Notes under the pieces: generated by a model
The model's input: only the letters and a program-made list of their open reading frames with translations
Told to the model about the DNA's origin: nothing
Database searches by the model: none
Part shown: in pieces, positions 26,152-35,337 of the stretch
Position numbering within the stretch: the first letter of the stretch is position 1
Layout: the number at the start of each line of letters is the position of its first letter
Virus record (IMG/VR): IMGVR_UViG_3300027906_000009
Coordinates: 1-64,000 of that record
Source of the DNA: a virus
Direction: 5' to 3' (one strand)
DNA length: 64,000 nt
Made by a program: the position numbers and the translations under genes

Positions 26152-27738
26152 TTATCCTTTAAATAACCACGGGAAATCTTGATATGCTTTGTTTTGCTTA
26201 TTCACAGAATCCTGTATGGTTAATTTTCTATTTCCTATCATGCCTTTTATCCTAGTATCTAATTGGTTTGAATTTTTTGTTATAGATCCAATAAATGCTT
26301 TTGCGTAATCAATATCTCTTTGATTTGAAGTCAATGCTGTGTCGCGGACCCAACACCCTATTGCGGCCGCTATAATTAAATCATCGTTATAAGATCTCAT
26401 AGCTTCTGGTTTTCCATTGTTCCATATAAAAGTTCTCATTTCTGATAGCAAACGAGATGAATATACTTTAATTAGGTTATTTCTGATGAATTCTTCTAGT
26501 TTAGCTACAATTAAAGGACGAGTTTTCGAGGTCATAGAGAAGCCCACAACAGCGTTTGACATTTGATCAGCCTGGTATTCTTCCACAAATTCGTGAGTTG
26601 ACTTTACAGAGTGGTACAAATTAGGGTATTGCCTTTCTTTTAATTTGTCAAGTACGGCGAACCCTACAGAATTGTTTTCAACCACTAAAAGTGCTGATCC
26701 GTATTCCTGTCCCATATCATATAAAACCCTGGAAAATACATCAGGTGTACATTTCCCTTGATATTCGGCTACTATTTCCATAGTCTCCAGCTTAAATACA
26801 TGACAAACAGAATAATCTTTGCCGTCGCCCCTTGCTACATCTGCAGCCAGCAAGTAAGTATTTCCCTCTTGCTTGTTTTCCCATATCCATAGATTTCTAT
26901 CAAAACCAGTTCTATATTTGGGATCTTTTGTCATTTCACTATACTTCGATATGTCTTCAGGGGCAAAAACTGTTTCGCCCGACATATTGAAATTACACTC
27001 TAATTCTTGTGCTATTTCTCTCCTTGACATATTTCTGGTCTCTTTTTCAAACCACTGATCATCCCTGTCTGGGTGTGCCTGCCATGGTAATTTAGTGTAG
27101 TAAAAATCGTTTGTTTTATTCTCTGCCTCAACATATATCTTGTGAAACCAGTTTCCTACGCCATTTGGAGTCGATAGTGCTATGCAGCGGCCGCCAGTAG
27201 AGAGTGTAGGGTAAAGGCCCATCCACAACTCATCTAAACCTTCGACATGAGCAGCCTCATCGATAACCAACAAAGACAAAGCTTCCGATCGGCCAGCGTC
27301 ACCAGAGGTAGAAGATGCTTTGATCTGAGATCCATTAGATAATTGGAATGAAGTCCGGTTGTCGATATCAACGTTTGAAATTCTTAACCAAGGTGGCAGG
27401 TTTTTGATTATTGCTTTTACTTTTTTTACTAAATTTGCTGCAGTGTTAAATTTAGTAGCTATAACCAAAACGTTCTTTTCCCTGTGAAACATCATCATCC
27501 AAGCTACATAGGCTGCTGTGATAGTGGATATCCCTAACTGGCGCGCTTTTAATATAACGTTAAACCTATGATCTTCGAAGTCTTCTAATAATTTTTCTTG
27601 AAAGTCATATAAATGAAAAGGTATTAAGCCTTTTTGAGGGTGTGTTATTTTTGCGTATGTGTGAATGAAATAGTCGGGCTTTTTGCCACAACGGACAATC
27701 TCTTTCATTATTTCTCTTTTTGTGAGTTTTATTGCCAC
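26152..27738 (-). CDS. Terminase large subunit (T4 gp17-like)
   Basis: LYDFQ, LKARQLGIST (Walker A), LLVIDEAAH (Walker B), STPNG, ADVARGDG nuclease motif, NDDLI. Confidence 0.95.
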   Translation of the reverse strand: MAIKLTKREIMKEIVRCGKKPDYFIHTYAKITHPQKGLIPFHLYDFQEKLLEDFEDHRFNVILKARQLGISTITAAYVAWMMMFHREKNVLVIATKFNTAANLVKKVKAIIKNLPPWLRISNVDIDNRTSFQLSNGSQIKASSTSGDAGRSEALSLLVIDEAAHVEGLDELWMGLYPTLSTGGRCIALSTPNGVGNWFHKIYVEAENKTNDFYYTKLPWQAHPDRDDQWFEKETRNMSRREIAQELECNFNMSGETVFAPEDISKYSEMTKDPKYRTGFDRNLWIWENKQEGNTYLLAADVARGDGKDYSVCHVFKLETMEIVAEYQGKCTPDVFSRVLYDMGQEYGSALLVVENNSVGFAVLDKLKERQYPNLYHSVKSTHEFVEEYQADQMSNAVVGFSMTSKTRPLIVAKLEEFIRNNLIKVYSSRLLSEMRTFIWNNGKPEAMRSYNDDLIIAAAIGCWVRDTALTSNQRDIDYAKAFIGSITKNSNQLDTRIKGMIGNRKLTIQDSVNKQNKAYQDFPWLFKG

Positions 27739-27746
27739 CGAAGTTC

Positions 27747-28244
27747 CTATTTGAGACCACCAAGTTTAAGCATTTTATCATAAGCTGGGTCTGTGGGTCT
27801 TTCTTCTACCTCACTTGAAACATCTTCCGAGGTGCCGCCAATTTTGTAGCACTTGTGCACCTTGACGCTGCAGCGGATTCGAGATATATATTCAACCAAA
27901 ACATCTACTTCGCTCGGTTCAGATAAGGTAAGCGCGGACTTTTTAACTTTCTTGTATTCTTTTTGAATAAAGGATTTTACCTTTTCCACCATTGACTCCA
28001 TTTCACCCTCAAAATCATTAGAGTGAACCTCTTTAAGAGGTATCTCTGCGTGGTATTTAATGTGAAGCCGGTCGCCAGCTATGGAGGCACCAAACCCGTC
28101 CATAACCCTCTGATCAAGGAGAGGGTTACCTTCCTCTCTTCGAAGTCCTATTTTTATTGGCTCCCCGTTCTCGTCGTGGGCGCCGTCATAGGTGTTGGAT
28201 AGTACCTGTGAAATACAGTCTATAATTTCTAAAGTTGTTGCCAT
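27747..28244 (-). CDS. Conserved hypothetical protein upstream of terminase
   Basis: 165-aa ORF, YDGAHD...IGLRREEG.P; preceded by two ACTATTTA motifs and a GAGG RBS. Confidence 0.7.
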   Translation of the reverse strand: MATTLEIIDCISQVLSNTYDGAHDENGEPIKIGLRREEGNPLLDQRVMDGFGASIAGDRLHIKYHAEIPLKEVHSNDFEGEMESMVEKVKSFIQKEYKKVKKSALTLSEPSEVDVLVEYISRIRCSVKVHKCYKIGGTSEDVSSEVEERPTDPAYDKMLKLGGLK

Positions 28245-28289
28245 TGTGTATATTCCTCTTGCAATAAATAGTTTGCTATTAATAAATAG

Positions 28290-28661
28290 TTAGTCATTTG
28301 GCCTCCAGCCAGATTTCCACCTTTCTTCCCTGTCTTCGATATACTGAATATAACAATTGAAGCAGCATTGGTATTTTATCATGTATAGATCATCGTACTG
28401 GGAAAATGAATAGGATGAACAAATGGGACAAATTCTGGGGATTTTTTGTTTCTGGCTTTTGTCCTTTATTGTAAATCCTTCTTTTTCTTCTATTTTTTCA
28501 TTTTTGTTGCTTTTAGTGTAAAAATCTTTGAGATCTTGTAGATATTTTTCTTCTTTATCCTTCGTCCAGGATCCTTTTGGGTTTTGTATTGCCTCTGAGC
28601 CATACTTGTCTTTTATGGCTTTTTCAATTTTTGCTATCTTATTTAAATCTTTTTCTTTCAT
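28290..28661 (-). CDS. Zn-finger hypothetical protein
   Basis: CPIC...CCFNCY; C-terminal RW..GWRP. Confidence 0.7.
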   Translation of the reverse strand: MKEKDLNKIAKIEKAIKDKYGSEAIQNPKGSWTKDKEEKYLQDLKDFYTKSNKNEKIEEKEGFTIKDKSQKQKIPRICPICSSYSFSQYDDLYMIKYQCCFNCYIQYIEDREERWKSGWRPND

Positions 28662-28665
28662 AGTA

Positions 28666-29169
28666 TCACTTTGCCGCGAATATTATAGCTAAAGTGGTTA
28701 ATACACCTGCGGCTACGCCTCCGGCTGCCCACCAAAGCGAGTTATCGTTTGGTGTCTGCATTGTGACACCTGTGAGTTCACTGATTTGATTGTTTTTTAT
28801 TTGCAATATTTGTTCGTGTTCTTTGTTCAAGCTATCAATTTGAATCTGAAGCTGGTCGATCTCAAAAGTATAGCTTGCTCTAATTCTTGCTATATCGTGC
28901 TGGCATCTTAGCTGGCACTTTTCTTTCTCTCTTTCAGCGGAAGAAATCAGTAAAGAGTTAGCTGTACTGTTATAACACCATATGGGATCACCGTCAGGAC
29001 TAAGATTTAGTTTATTAATAATTTCTTCGTCAGTAACATATATCGCTGACGCCGGTGGAGAAAACTCTTTATCTAGTTCCAAATCAGCTAATGCGGAAAA
29101 TGGGTAACACAATATTAATATAATTGCAACTAGTCTAGTTTTTAAATTTAATTCCAAAGTCATTTTCAA
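28666..29169 (-). CDS. Exported coiled-coil protein with a C-terminal TM helix (spanin-like candidate)
   Basis: N-terminal hydrophobic signal, central coiled coil, C-terminal LWWAAGGVAAGVLTTLAIIF; start codon uncertain. Confidence 0.5.
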   Translation of the reverse strand: MKMTLELNLKTRLVAIILILCYPFSALADLELDKEFSPPASAIYVTDEEIINKLNLSPDGDPIWCYNSTANSLLISSAEREKEKCQLRCQHDIARIRASYTFEIDQLQIQIDSLNKEHEQILQIKNNQISELTGVTMQTPNDNSLWWAAGGVAAGVLTTLAIIFAAK

Positions 29170-29542
29170 TCTTTCTTATAATCTCTTCAGGGTTACCTTT
29201 AGATTTTATCACAATTTTTCTGACATCTTCAATTTGTTTTTCAGAAAGTTGCTTGTTTTCCTCTTTGAATCTTTCCTCTAACCTTAGAATAGTCTCTTTA
29301 AATTGTTTTTGCAAATTCCTAAGGTTAATTATTTCTTCATTGTGAATTCGATTTATGGTTTCTATTTCTTCCCTGTGTGCTCTCTTATTAATTTCAATAG
29401 TCTTTCTTAAAGCTTCTGTATTTTTTTTTGAAAAAATATAAATGAATAAAGACCAGCATATCAATAGTGGTATTTTCCAATTATGTTTTAGCCACACCCA
29501 GGATTTTTCTAAACCCGTTTTAAAAATTAGCCACGTCATCAT
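29135..29542 (-). CDS. N-terminal TM plus coiled-coil protein (i-spanin/Rz-like candidate)
   Basis: WLKHNWKIPLLICWSLFIYIF TM segment followed by a long coiled coil; overlaps both neighbours. Confidence 0.5.
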   Translation of the reverse strand: MMTWLIFKTGLEKSWVWLKHNWKIPLLICWSLFIYIFSKKNTEALRKTIEINKRAHREEIETINRIHNEEIINLRNLQKQFKETILRLEERFKEENKQLSEKQIEDVRKIVIKSKGNPEEIIRKIENDFGIKFKN

Positions 29543-29741
29543 TACTTGGTCCATGTTTCCATTTAACAGCCATGTCAACTAGTGCTTGAGTACCTATATA
29601 TGCTAGTGTTATAGCGGTCCAATTATCACTAGTGACTGTGCCATATGCGCAAAGGCCTGTTGCTGTTAGCCATGCTAAAAATTTTCTTGATATAAATTTT
29701 TCTGTATGTTTGTCTGCGAATGCTTTCAATTCTGCCATCAT
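29520..29741 (-). CDS. Small 2-TM holin-like membrane protein
   Basis: SRKFLAW...W...LAYIG.QALVD pattern; 73 aa; dual-Met start. Confidence 0.5.
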   Translation of the reverse strand: MMAELKAFADKHTEKFISRKFLAWLTATGLCAYGTVTSDNWTAITLAYIGTQALVDMAVKWKHGPSNDDVANF

Positions 29742-29749
29742 AAATCCCC

Positions 29750-32700
29750 CTATATGTTTACATGTGCATAACCATCTCTTTTCTCAATGTTTATTTGCAT
29801 ATCCACACAATCTTTTAGATTATCTAGATGTGAAATAAGAAGAAAAGTTTTAAAATAGCCTTTGACCATATCTAAGATACGTACAAAGCCTTCCATGTTC
29901 TCTTCATCAAGAGCAGTTCCCGGCTCGTCAAGTATAAATAGGTCAGACTTTGGTAAACTGGACACAGTTAAAAAAGCCAAACGTATGGCCATGCTTGCAA
30001 TAGTCTTCTCAGCGCCGGATCCCATCTCGAGCGGACGTGGGTCGTGGCTAGGATGCTTAATAAAAATATCTAACTTGTCTTCGTTGTTAGAAATGAACAC
30101 TTCAAACTCCACAATATTAGTCAATATCTTAGATATCTCCTGGTTAATGTAAGGCAGTCTTTCTTTAATAATTTCATATGAAACACCATTAGGATGACAA
30201 CAGACCATAAAAAGATGATAAGCTGCAAAGCTTTGTTCTAGTTCTCTAAACTCTTGCTGTTGGTCTTGTGTATGTGATAACTTTTGTTCGGAAGATCCAT
30301 GTTTTTTGTGTAGTTGCATAATCTTTTGTTCACACAAATTGATCTCCTGTTCTTTATTTTCAGATTGCTTTTCTAACTTTTCCTTGTCTGATATTAATTG
30401 CTTTAAATTCTCAATGGCTTCCTTGTTTTCTTCATATTCTGTGGCTTTATTTTTAAGATCATCGAGTGCAACCTGCTCTTTAAATAAAAGACTGTCAGCC
30501 CGTTCAATAATTAGATTACTAGTCGTTATTGAATTTGCGAGACAATCTCTTTTCTCAACCAAAGCACTATGTTTCTCTATATATTTATCTACTTTTGTCA
30601 TCTCATCGTGAGAGATTTCGGCGCCTATAATATTAATCTTCCGGGTTGTTATAGACATTTCTGATGCTTTTTGTTTAACCGCTTCTCCAATAAGCGGATG
30701 ACAACTGGCACATACTTTGTCCTGTTCTGTTACTAATAGTCTTTTTTGCTCAGACAAGTTCTTCAAAAGTAAAATCAAATTATTTAATTCGTCGCTAACT
30801 TTTGTAAAAGACTCTTTCTTTTTCTTATAATTTTCAATTTCAAAGTCCTTCAAAAAGTCTTCAATCTTTTCATACTTAAGCTTATTATCATCAATATTTT
30901 TTTGCGCATTCGTTTTCTTAGCGTTTATTTGCAAAATGGCTTTCTCCTTTTCCGTTATCTTCTTGGCAGTAATAACAGGATCAATAATTTCTGCTGGAAC
31001 TGAGGATATTTTATTTTGTAGGAGGCCGGCCTCTTGCATTAATTCTAGCATTTCTTCTTTTAGAGATATACAGATTGCTTTATTTTTCTCGATAGCAAGT
31101 TCACTTTTAATAATTTCTGTCTTAATATTTTTAATATTTGCATCAAAGTCAATACCCTCTAAACGCCTTAGAGCTACTTTTATTTCAGCAGATGCCTCTT
31201 TGGCCATCTTAAATTTCTTATCAAAAATTTCTAAATCCAAAAACTTTGCAAGAAACTCTTTCCTTTTAGTTGAGCCTTCGTTGATAAACGAAAGGGAATC
31301 TAATTGAGAAGCCATTGAGGTTGCTAGGAAGTCTGGTAGTGTGCCAAAATACTTTCTTACATTCTTATCAGTGTCTTGTCTGGAAGTACCGTTGAGGCCT
31401 GTATGGTTTCCAATAGCGTCTTGTGAATAAAACTCCAAGTCAGTTGTTGCCTCTTGAGTTTCAACTCCTTTTGAGCGTTTTGTATATTTGTTGGACTTGC
31501 GCTCAATAATATAATCTGTTCCATCTACTTTGATTGTTGCTGTTGCGACGCATTCATCTTTATTTTGATTGATAATATTTAGATTCTTACGAATAGATTT
31601 GGAAGTAGAGTTGTACATAGAATAAAGTAACGTATCAACAATAGAAGACTTGCCAGAGTAATTTTTACCAAATATACCAACAATACCTTCTAGTTTTGTA
31701 AAGTCGATGATATTACCTTCGCTATAGTTAAATAGATTGTCCCACTCCAAACTCTGAAGTGACCAATTAACATTTCGCATGACATCTTCATTTTCTTCTA
31801 TCTGCTTATTAAACTGTTTATTTAGTTCATATACTTTTTCCAAAACTTCTTGCGTTGCTTCATATTCTTTTAGATACTCAGCCATTAGAGACTCTTGAGT
31901 ATTCAAATCTCGCAGGTCTTGTTTTTCCAACCCTTCGGGGGCGGCAACCTTGATTTGTTTACCGGCTGCCCTATTGAGGTAAGTTACTGATTCTGGATTG
32001 TATTTATATTTCGCAATGTCTACAGCCTTGCGAACCTTATCTAAAGATACGTTATTCTCAGAAACTATTCTAAGTCTCGCTCCTTCCGGTGGTTTCTGTC
32101 TTGGCAGGTTGCCCTTTTCTGTCAGAGAAAGAGTAACGAAAGGTCTTGGGTTATTGAAGGTAATGAGTCTATTGGTAAAATCATCTTTACTTTCAATGTC
32201 CCAAAGTAAATAACCTTTGTCCAGTGACTCACCAAAATTTTGTTGTACTGTGGATCCAGCATACCAGATGCGACCTTCCTTATCTAGCTTCTGTGTTTTG
32301 TGGATATCTCCAAGAAAGGCAAAGTCAAACTCTTCAAAGATTTCGATACTGTGGTCGCCGCCTAGTGTCCAGTTACTGTCTGTTTTGGATTTATCAATAG
32401 CACCGTGATATAATGCTATGTTAACTAGGTTGTAGTCTGTTGGTTCAGTCCAGTTTTCCTCATCAAATACAGATAAAACATTTAGACAAAACTTATCATT
32501 GATTTTAGTCTCTCCGGCGTTTTTTAACAGGATGAGATTTGGGTCATTGATAGCCTTTGCGATTGGTGAAAGAGCGTCTTGTCTGGAGCCATTTCGAAGG
32601 TTACCGTCGTGATTGCCTAAAATCACATAGGTTGGCGCGATTGCCGCAAGGTTCTGGAAGAAATCTCTACACATATCTACAAACTCTGGTGAGATTTGTG

Positions 32701-32848
32701 TCTTAGTATGGGCAATATCTCCGCAATGGATAATGCAGTCCACTTTCTCTTCTTTTAGCGATTTGTAAAGTTGTTGAAATATTTCTTTGTATTCAAAATG
32801 ATATTTTAGGTTTCGGATATGGGTATCCGCGATATGAGCAAATCTCAT
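29750..32848 (-). CDS. Fused SbcD(Mre11)-SbcC(Rad50) recombination nuclease/ATPase (T4 gp47+gp46-like)
   Basis: Phosphoesterase motifs ADTH, GD, GNHD, YHG, GDIH; Walker A GKNYSGKSS; coiled coils with CASC hook; GSGAEK signature; FILDEP; ISH. Confidence 0.92.
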   Translation of the reverse strand: MRFAHIADTHIRNLKYHFEYKEIFQQLYKSLKEEKVDCIIHCGDIAHTKTQISPEFVDMCRDFFQNLAAIAPTYVILGNHDGNLRNGSRQDALSPIAKAINDPNLILLKNAGETKINDKFCLNVLSVFDEENWTEPTDYNLVNIALYHGAIDKSKTDSNWTLGGDHSIEIFEEFDFAFLGDIHKTQKLDKEGRIWYAGSTVQQNFGESLDKGYLLWDIESKDDFTNRLITFNNPRPFVTLSLTEKGNLPRQKPPEGARLRIVSENNVSLDKVRKAVDIAKYKYNPESVTYLNRAAGKQIKVAAPEGLEKQDLRDLNTQESLMAEYLKEYEATQEVLEKVYELNKQFNKQIEENEDVMRNVNWSLQSLEWDNLFNYSEGNIIDFTKLEGIVGIFGKNYSGKSSIVDTLLYSMYNSTSKSIRKNLNIINQNKDECVATATIKVDGTDYIIERKSNKYTKRSKGVETQEATTDLEFYSQDAIGNHTGLNGTSRQDTDKNVRKYFGTLPDFLATSMASQLDSLSFINEGSTKRKEFLAKFLDLEIFDKKFKMAKEASAEIKVALRRLEGIDFDANIKNIKTEIIKSELAIEKNKAICISLKEEMLELMQEAGLLQNKISSVPAEIIDPVITAKKITEKEKAILQINAKKTNAQKNIDDNKLKYEKIEDFLKDFEIENYKKKKESFTKVSDELNNLILLLKNLSEQKRLLVTEQDKVCASCHPLIGEAVKQKASEMSITTRKINIIGAEISHDEMTKVDKYIEKHSALVEKRDCLANSITTSNLIIERADSLLFKEQVALDDLKNKATEYEENKEAIENLKQLISDKEKLEKQSENKEQEINLCEQKIMQLHKKHGSSEQKLSHTQDQQQEFRELEQSFAAYHLFMVCCHPNGVSYEIIKERLPYINQEISKILTNIVEFEVFISNNEDKLDIFIKHPSHDPRPLEMGSGAEKTIASMAIRLAFLTVSSLPKSDLFILDEPGTALDEENMEGFVRILDMVKGYFKTFLLISHLDNLKDCVDMQINIEKRDGYAHVNI

Positions 32849-32878
32849 TTATTCTCCATGAATAATTGTTATGTTCTA

Positions 32879-32907
32879 AGTATAACAGGGATTGGTGTGG
32901 GTGTCAA
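32879..32907 (-). promoter_or_regulatory. Near-consensus sigma70 promoter for the SbcCD gene
   Basis: TTGACA-17 bp-TATACT with TG extended -10, 30 nt upstream of the ATG at 32848. Confidence 0.8.
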
Positions 32908-33078
32908 CTAAATTCTTTTGAGACCAAGCTCTTCTAGCTGATTTGGTGTAAGTTTCTCAAGAATGATAGCGAATGCTTTCTTTTCTGATTCGGTGATCAT
33001 ATTGAGGTCACCTGTTTCTGCTAAGTGATTCATCTCTTCTGCGATGATTTCTTTTAGTCTTCTTTTTGTAAGTTCCAT
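32908..33078 (-). CDS. Small 56-aa ORF not in the ORF track (MELTKRRLKEIIAEEMNHLAETG...LGLKRI)
   Basis: AGGAG RBS, TAATG coupling to the upstream gene, ends at TAG 32910-32908; shares the leader motif with its neighbour. Confidence 0.75.
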   Translation of the reverse strand: MELTKRRLKEIIAEEMNHLAETGDLNMITESEKKAFAIILEKLTPNQLEELGLKRI

Positions 33079-33287
33079 TATTGTGCTCCTTGTTGGTCTT
33101 CTGCGTGTTGAACTAGTGCTTTTACTGCCGTGTACAGATCAATTATCCTGTGCTGATCTGTATAATTTTGCCCAGCTTTGCTCGATTCCATTTTTTGGAT
33201 CATTTTCCGTGCTACAGGCAAACCTCGACCTTGAATAACTTCATTTATCTCTTCTTTTATTATCTTAATGAGTTCTGATTTTTTCAT
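33078..33287 (-). CDS. Small protein with MKKSELIKIIKEEI leader
   Basis: Likely start is the ATG at 33287 with GAGG RBS and ACTATTTA upstream (33319-33326). Confidence 0.7.
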   Translation of the reverse strand: MKKSELIKIIKEEINEVIQGRGLPVARKMIQKMESSKAGQNYTDQHRIIDLYTAVKALVQHAEDQQGAQ

Positions 33288-33297
33288 TGTTGTTCCT

Positions 33298-34215
33298 CTA
33301 GAAGTCAAGTTTATAATGTAAATAGTCTAAATCGGACACAATATCCGCATTTTGTTTTCGCTGTTCTACCACTTTTTGTGGCATCTCTCCGATGTCTGAA
33401 TAACCGCTGACATCAATAGACATAACTTTAATACCATATTCTCTTAGTTTCTTTGCTATCCCAAACTCTTTTTCTTTAACATCTTCGTCCAAAGCCAGAT
33501 ATACATCTGGTTTTCTTTCGCATATCTTTTGGAACAGTCTTGAACCCTCTCTCAAGGTTGAGCCAAGTAAGGGTACAGCGTTCTTGCATTTCATTGCGTC
33601 AAATACACCCTCAGTTAAAACAACATTGTTGTCCCAATCAATATTTAAATCGTTAAAAATAATATCTTTGCTAATTTTTGGATTCTTATATTTCATCCAG
33701 TTTCCCGTATATGATCTTGCTACAAAAAAATTAACATTACCGTCTTTGTCGAAGCCCGGAACAATAACTCTGTCTTGATATTCGCCGTAGTTACAAAAGC
33801 CGATCTTCCATATCAATATATCTTTGTCTGAAAAGCCTCGAGAGTAAAGATAATTTAGGGCCCGTTTCTTAATCTTGGTCTTTCTACCAGTCAGAGTTTG
33901 AAAATTATCTGGTAGATCTACAATTTGAGATTGTTCTACTAAGCGCTCTTGGAAGATCTCTTCATATTTTGCAAGATTTACTTCACCCGCAAGGTTGCGC
34001 CAGTCGGCGTAATAGACTGGTGAATGCCTTCGAATGAGTGAAGATATCTTTGTACCGGAGTAGTCGCAAATCCAACACTTGAACACATTTTTTTCTATGT
34101 TGACCGATAATTTTAGTTTATGGTGATTACACTTTGGGCAACGAAATTGATGTTCATTGTCGTTAGTCCAGCAACGACCAAGGGCTCTCTTAAGTAATTT
34201 CAGCTTCTCTGACAA
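33298..34215 (-). CDS. DNA primase (Zn-binding domain plus TOPRIM)
   Basis: CPKC...CWIC; YLYSRG; RVIVP; KYKNP; EGVFD; LALDED. Confidence 0.9.
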   Translation of the reverse strand: MSEKLKLLKRALGRCWTNDNEHQFRCPKCNHHKLKLSVNIEKNVFKCWICDYSGTKISSLIRRHSPVYYADWRNLAGEVNLAKYEEIFQERLVEQSQIVDLPDNFQTLTGRKTKIKKRALNYLYSRGFSDKDILIWKIGFCNYGEYQDRVIVPGFDKDGNVNFFVARSYTGNWMKYKNPKISKDIIFNDLNIDWDNNVVLTEGVFDAMKCKNAVPLLGSTLREGSRLFQKICERKPDVYLALDEDVKEKEFGIAKKLREYGIKVMSIDVSGYSDIGEMPQKVVEQRKQNADIVSDLDYLHYKLDF

Positions 34216-34723
34216 GCTTATCTCCTGCTAATGCGATTATAATACTATCACACATGTCTAGTGTACCAGGTTTTGGGTTTCCGTGTTTTGTATATTGTAC
34301 CGCAATATGTGAGTACTTGTCAAGAATAAATTCAAGAACCTTCTCTTTTGAATTTTCACCCCTTTTAATTTTAAGTCCAGCTAACTTACGGGCGGAGGAT
34401 GCGGCGAGCATTTGAGGGTGATTTCCGAAAATATCATAACAGAACCACGATATAATCCCATTAAACCTAGATAAAGTTGACAATGTTTGTGCTGATGAGA
34501 AGCCTGATCGGAACGTATGTAGAGATTGTTCTATGAACACTTTACTAATATTATGCTTCCTTTTTAAGAGCATTAATTTAATTCTTATATGGTGAGCTTT
34601 CTCATATAAAGATGGAAACTTATTTTTATTTCTAGTATCCCAATAAGTACTTTCCACAATCTTATTATTTTTAATTATTGTGGCTCCTGTAATGGAAGTT
34701 GATATATCTAATCCTAATATCAC
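34190..34723 (-). CDS. RuvC-like Holliday junction resolvase
   Basis: MILGLDISTSITG, VFIEQ, D-x-x-DSIIIA acidic motifs. Confidence 0.8.
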   Translation of the reverse strand: MILGLDISTSITGATIIKNNKIVESTYWDTRNKNKFPSLYEKAHHIRIKLMLLKRKHNISKVFIEQSLHTFRSGFSSAQTLSTLSRFNGIISWFCYDIFGNHPQMLAASSARKLAGLKIKRGENSKEKVLEFILDKYSHIAVQYTKHGNPKPGTLDMCDSIIIALAGDKLVREAEIT

Positions 34724-35334
34724 TATTTTTGCCTTTCATCCAAAAAAGAAAAAATTTTACTTAATATCTTTTCTTTCTCCTGTTCGTCTTCTGTGGCGAA
34801 CCACTTCCAGACTAGTTTAGATTCTATATCATTAAGCTGTTTTTTTATATCACTTATTTCTTTTTCAGTTTTTTTAATTTCAATTTTAGAAATATTTGGC
34901 AGTTCGATTTCTAAATTTATAGCTATATCAGAAAGAATAATTATGTCGTTTTCTAATAGTGCTTTCTGGGCCATTAAGAACATATCTATCTTAATCTGTT
35001 TCTCGTTTTTTGATAACTCTGATCCTAACTTATCAGGGTGGATTTTTAATGCTATTTTTCGAAATAATTTCTTAACTAAAGTATCTGGTTTGTTATTTTT
35101 TAATTTTTGTTCTAAGGGGCTTTGGGGCGATGCAGTCTTCTGTTGTATATCTTTATTTGTAGGTTCTTCTATTTTTTGTTCTTCTGAAAGAATATTTCTC
35201 TCTTTCCTGTAAATTTCTTCTATTTTTGATGATGCAAGATGTATTATTTCTTTAGAGATTTGCAACTCTTCTCGAAGTGACTTTAACTTGTTAGCTAAAA
35301 AGATAATTTTTTTTTGCAAAAAGTTGTTTTTCAT
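34723..35334 (-). CDS. J-domain (DnaJ-like) protein with flanking coiled coils
   Basis: VKKLFRKIALKIHPDK...F..AQKA, i.e. helix II-HPD-helix III. Confidence 0.75.
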   Translation of the reverse strand: MKNNFLQKKIIFLANKLKSLREELQISKEIIHLASSKIEEIYRKERNILSEEQKIEEPTNKDIQQKTASPQSPLEQKLKNNKPDTLVKKLFRKIALKIHPDKLGSELSKNEKQIKIDMFLMAQKALLENDIIILSDIAINLEIELPNISKIEIKKTEKEISDIKKQLNDIESKLVWKWFATEDEQEKEKILSKIFSFLDERQK

Positions 35335-35337
35335 TAT

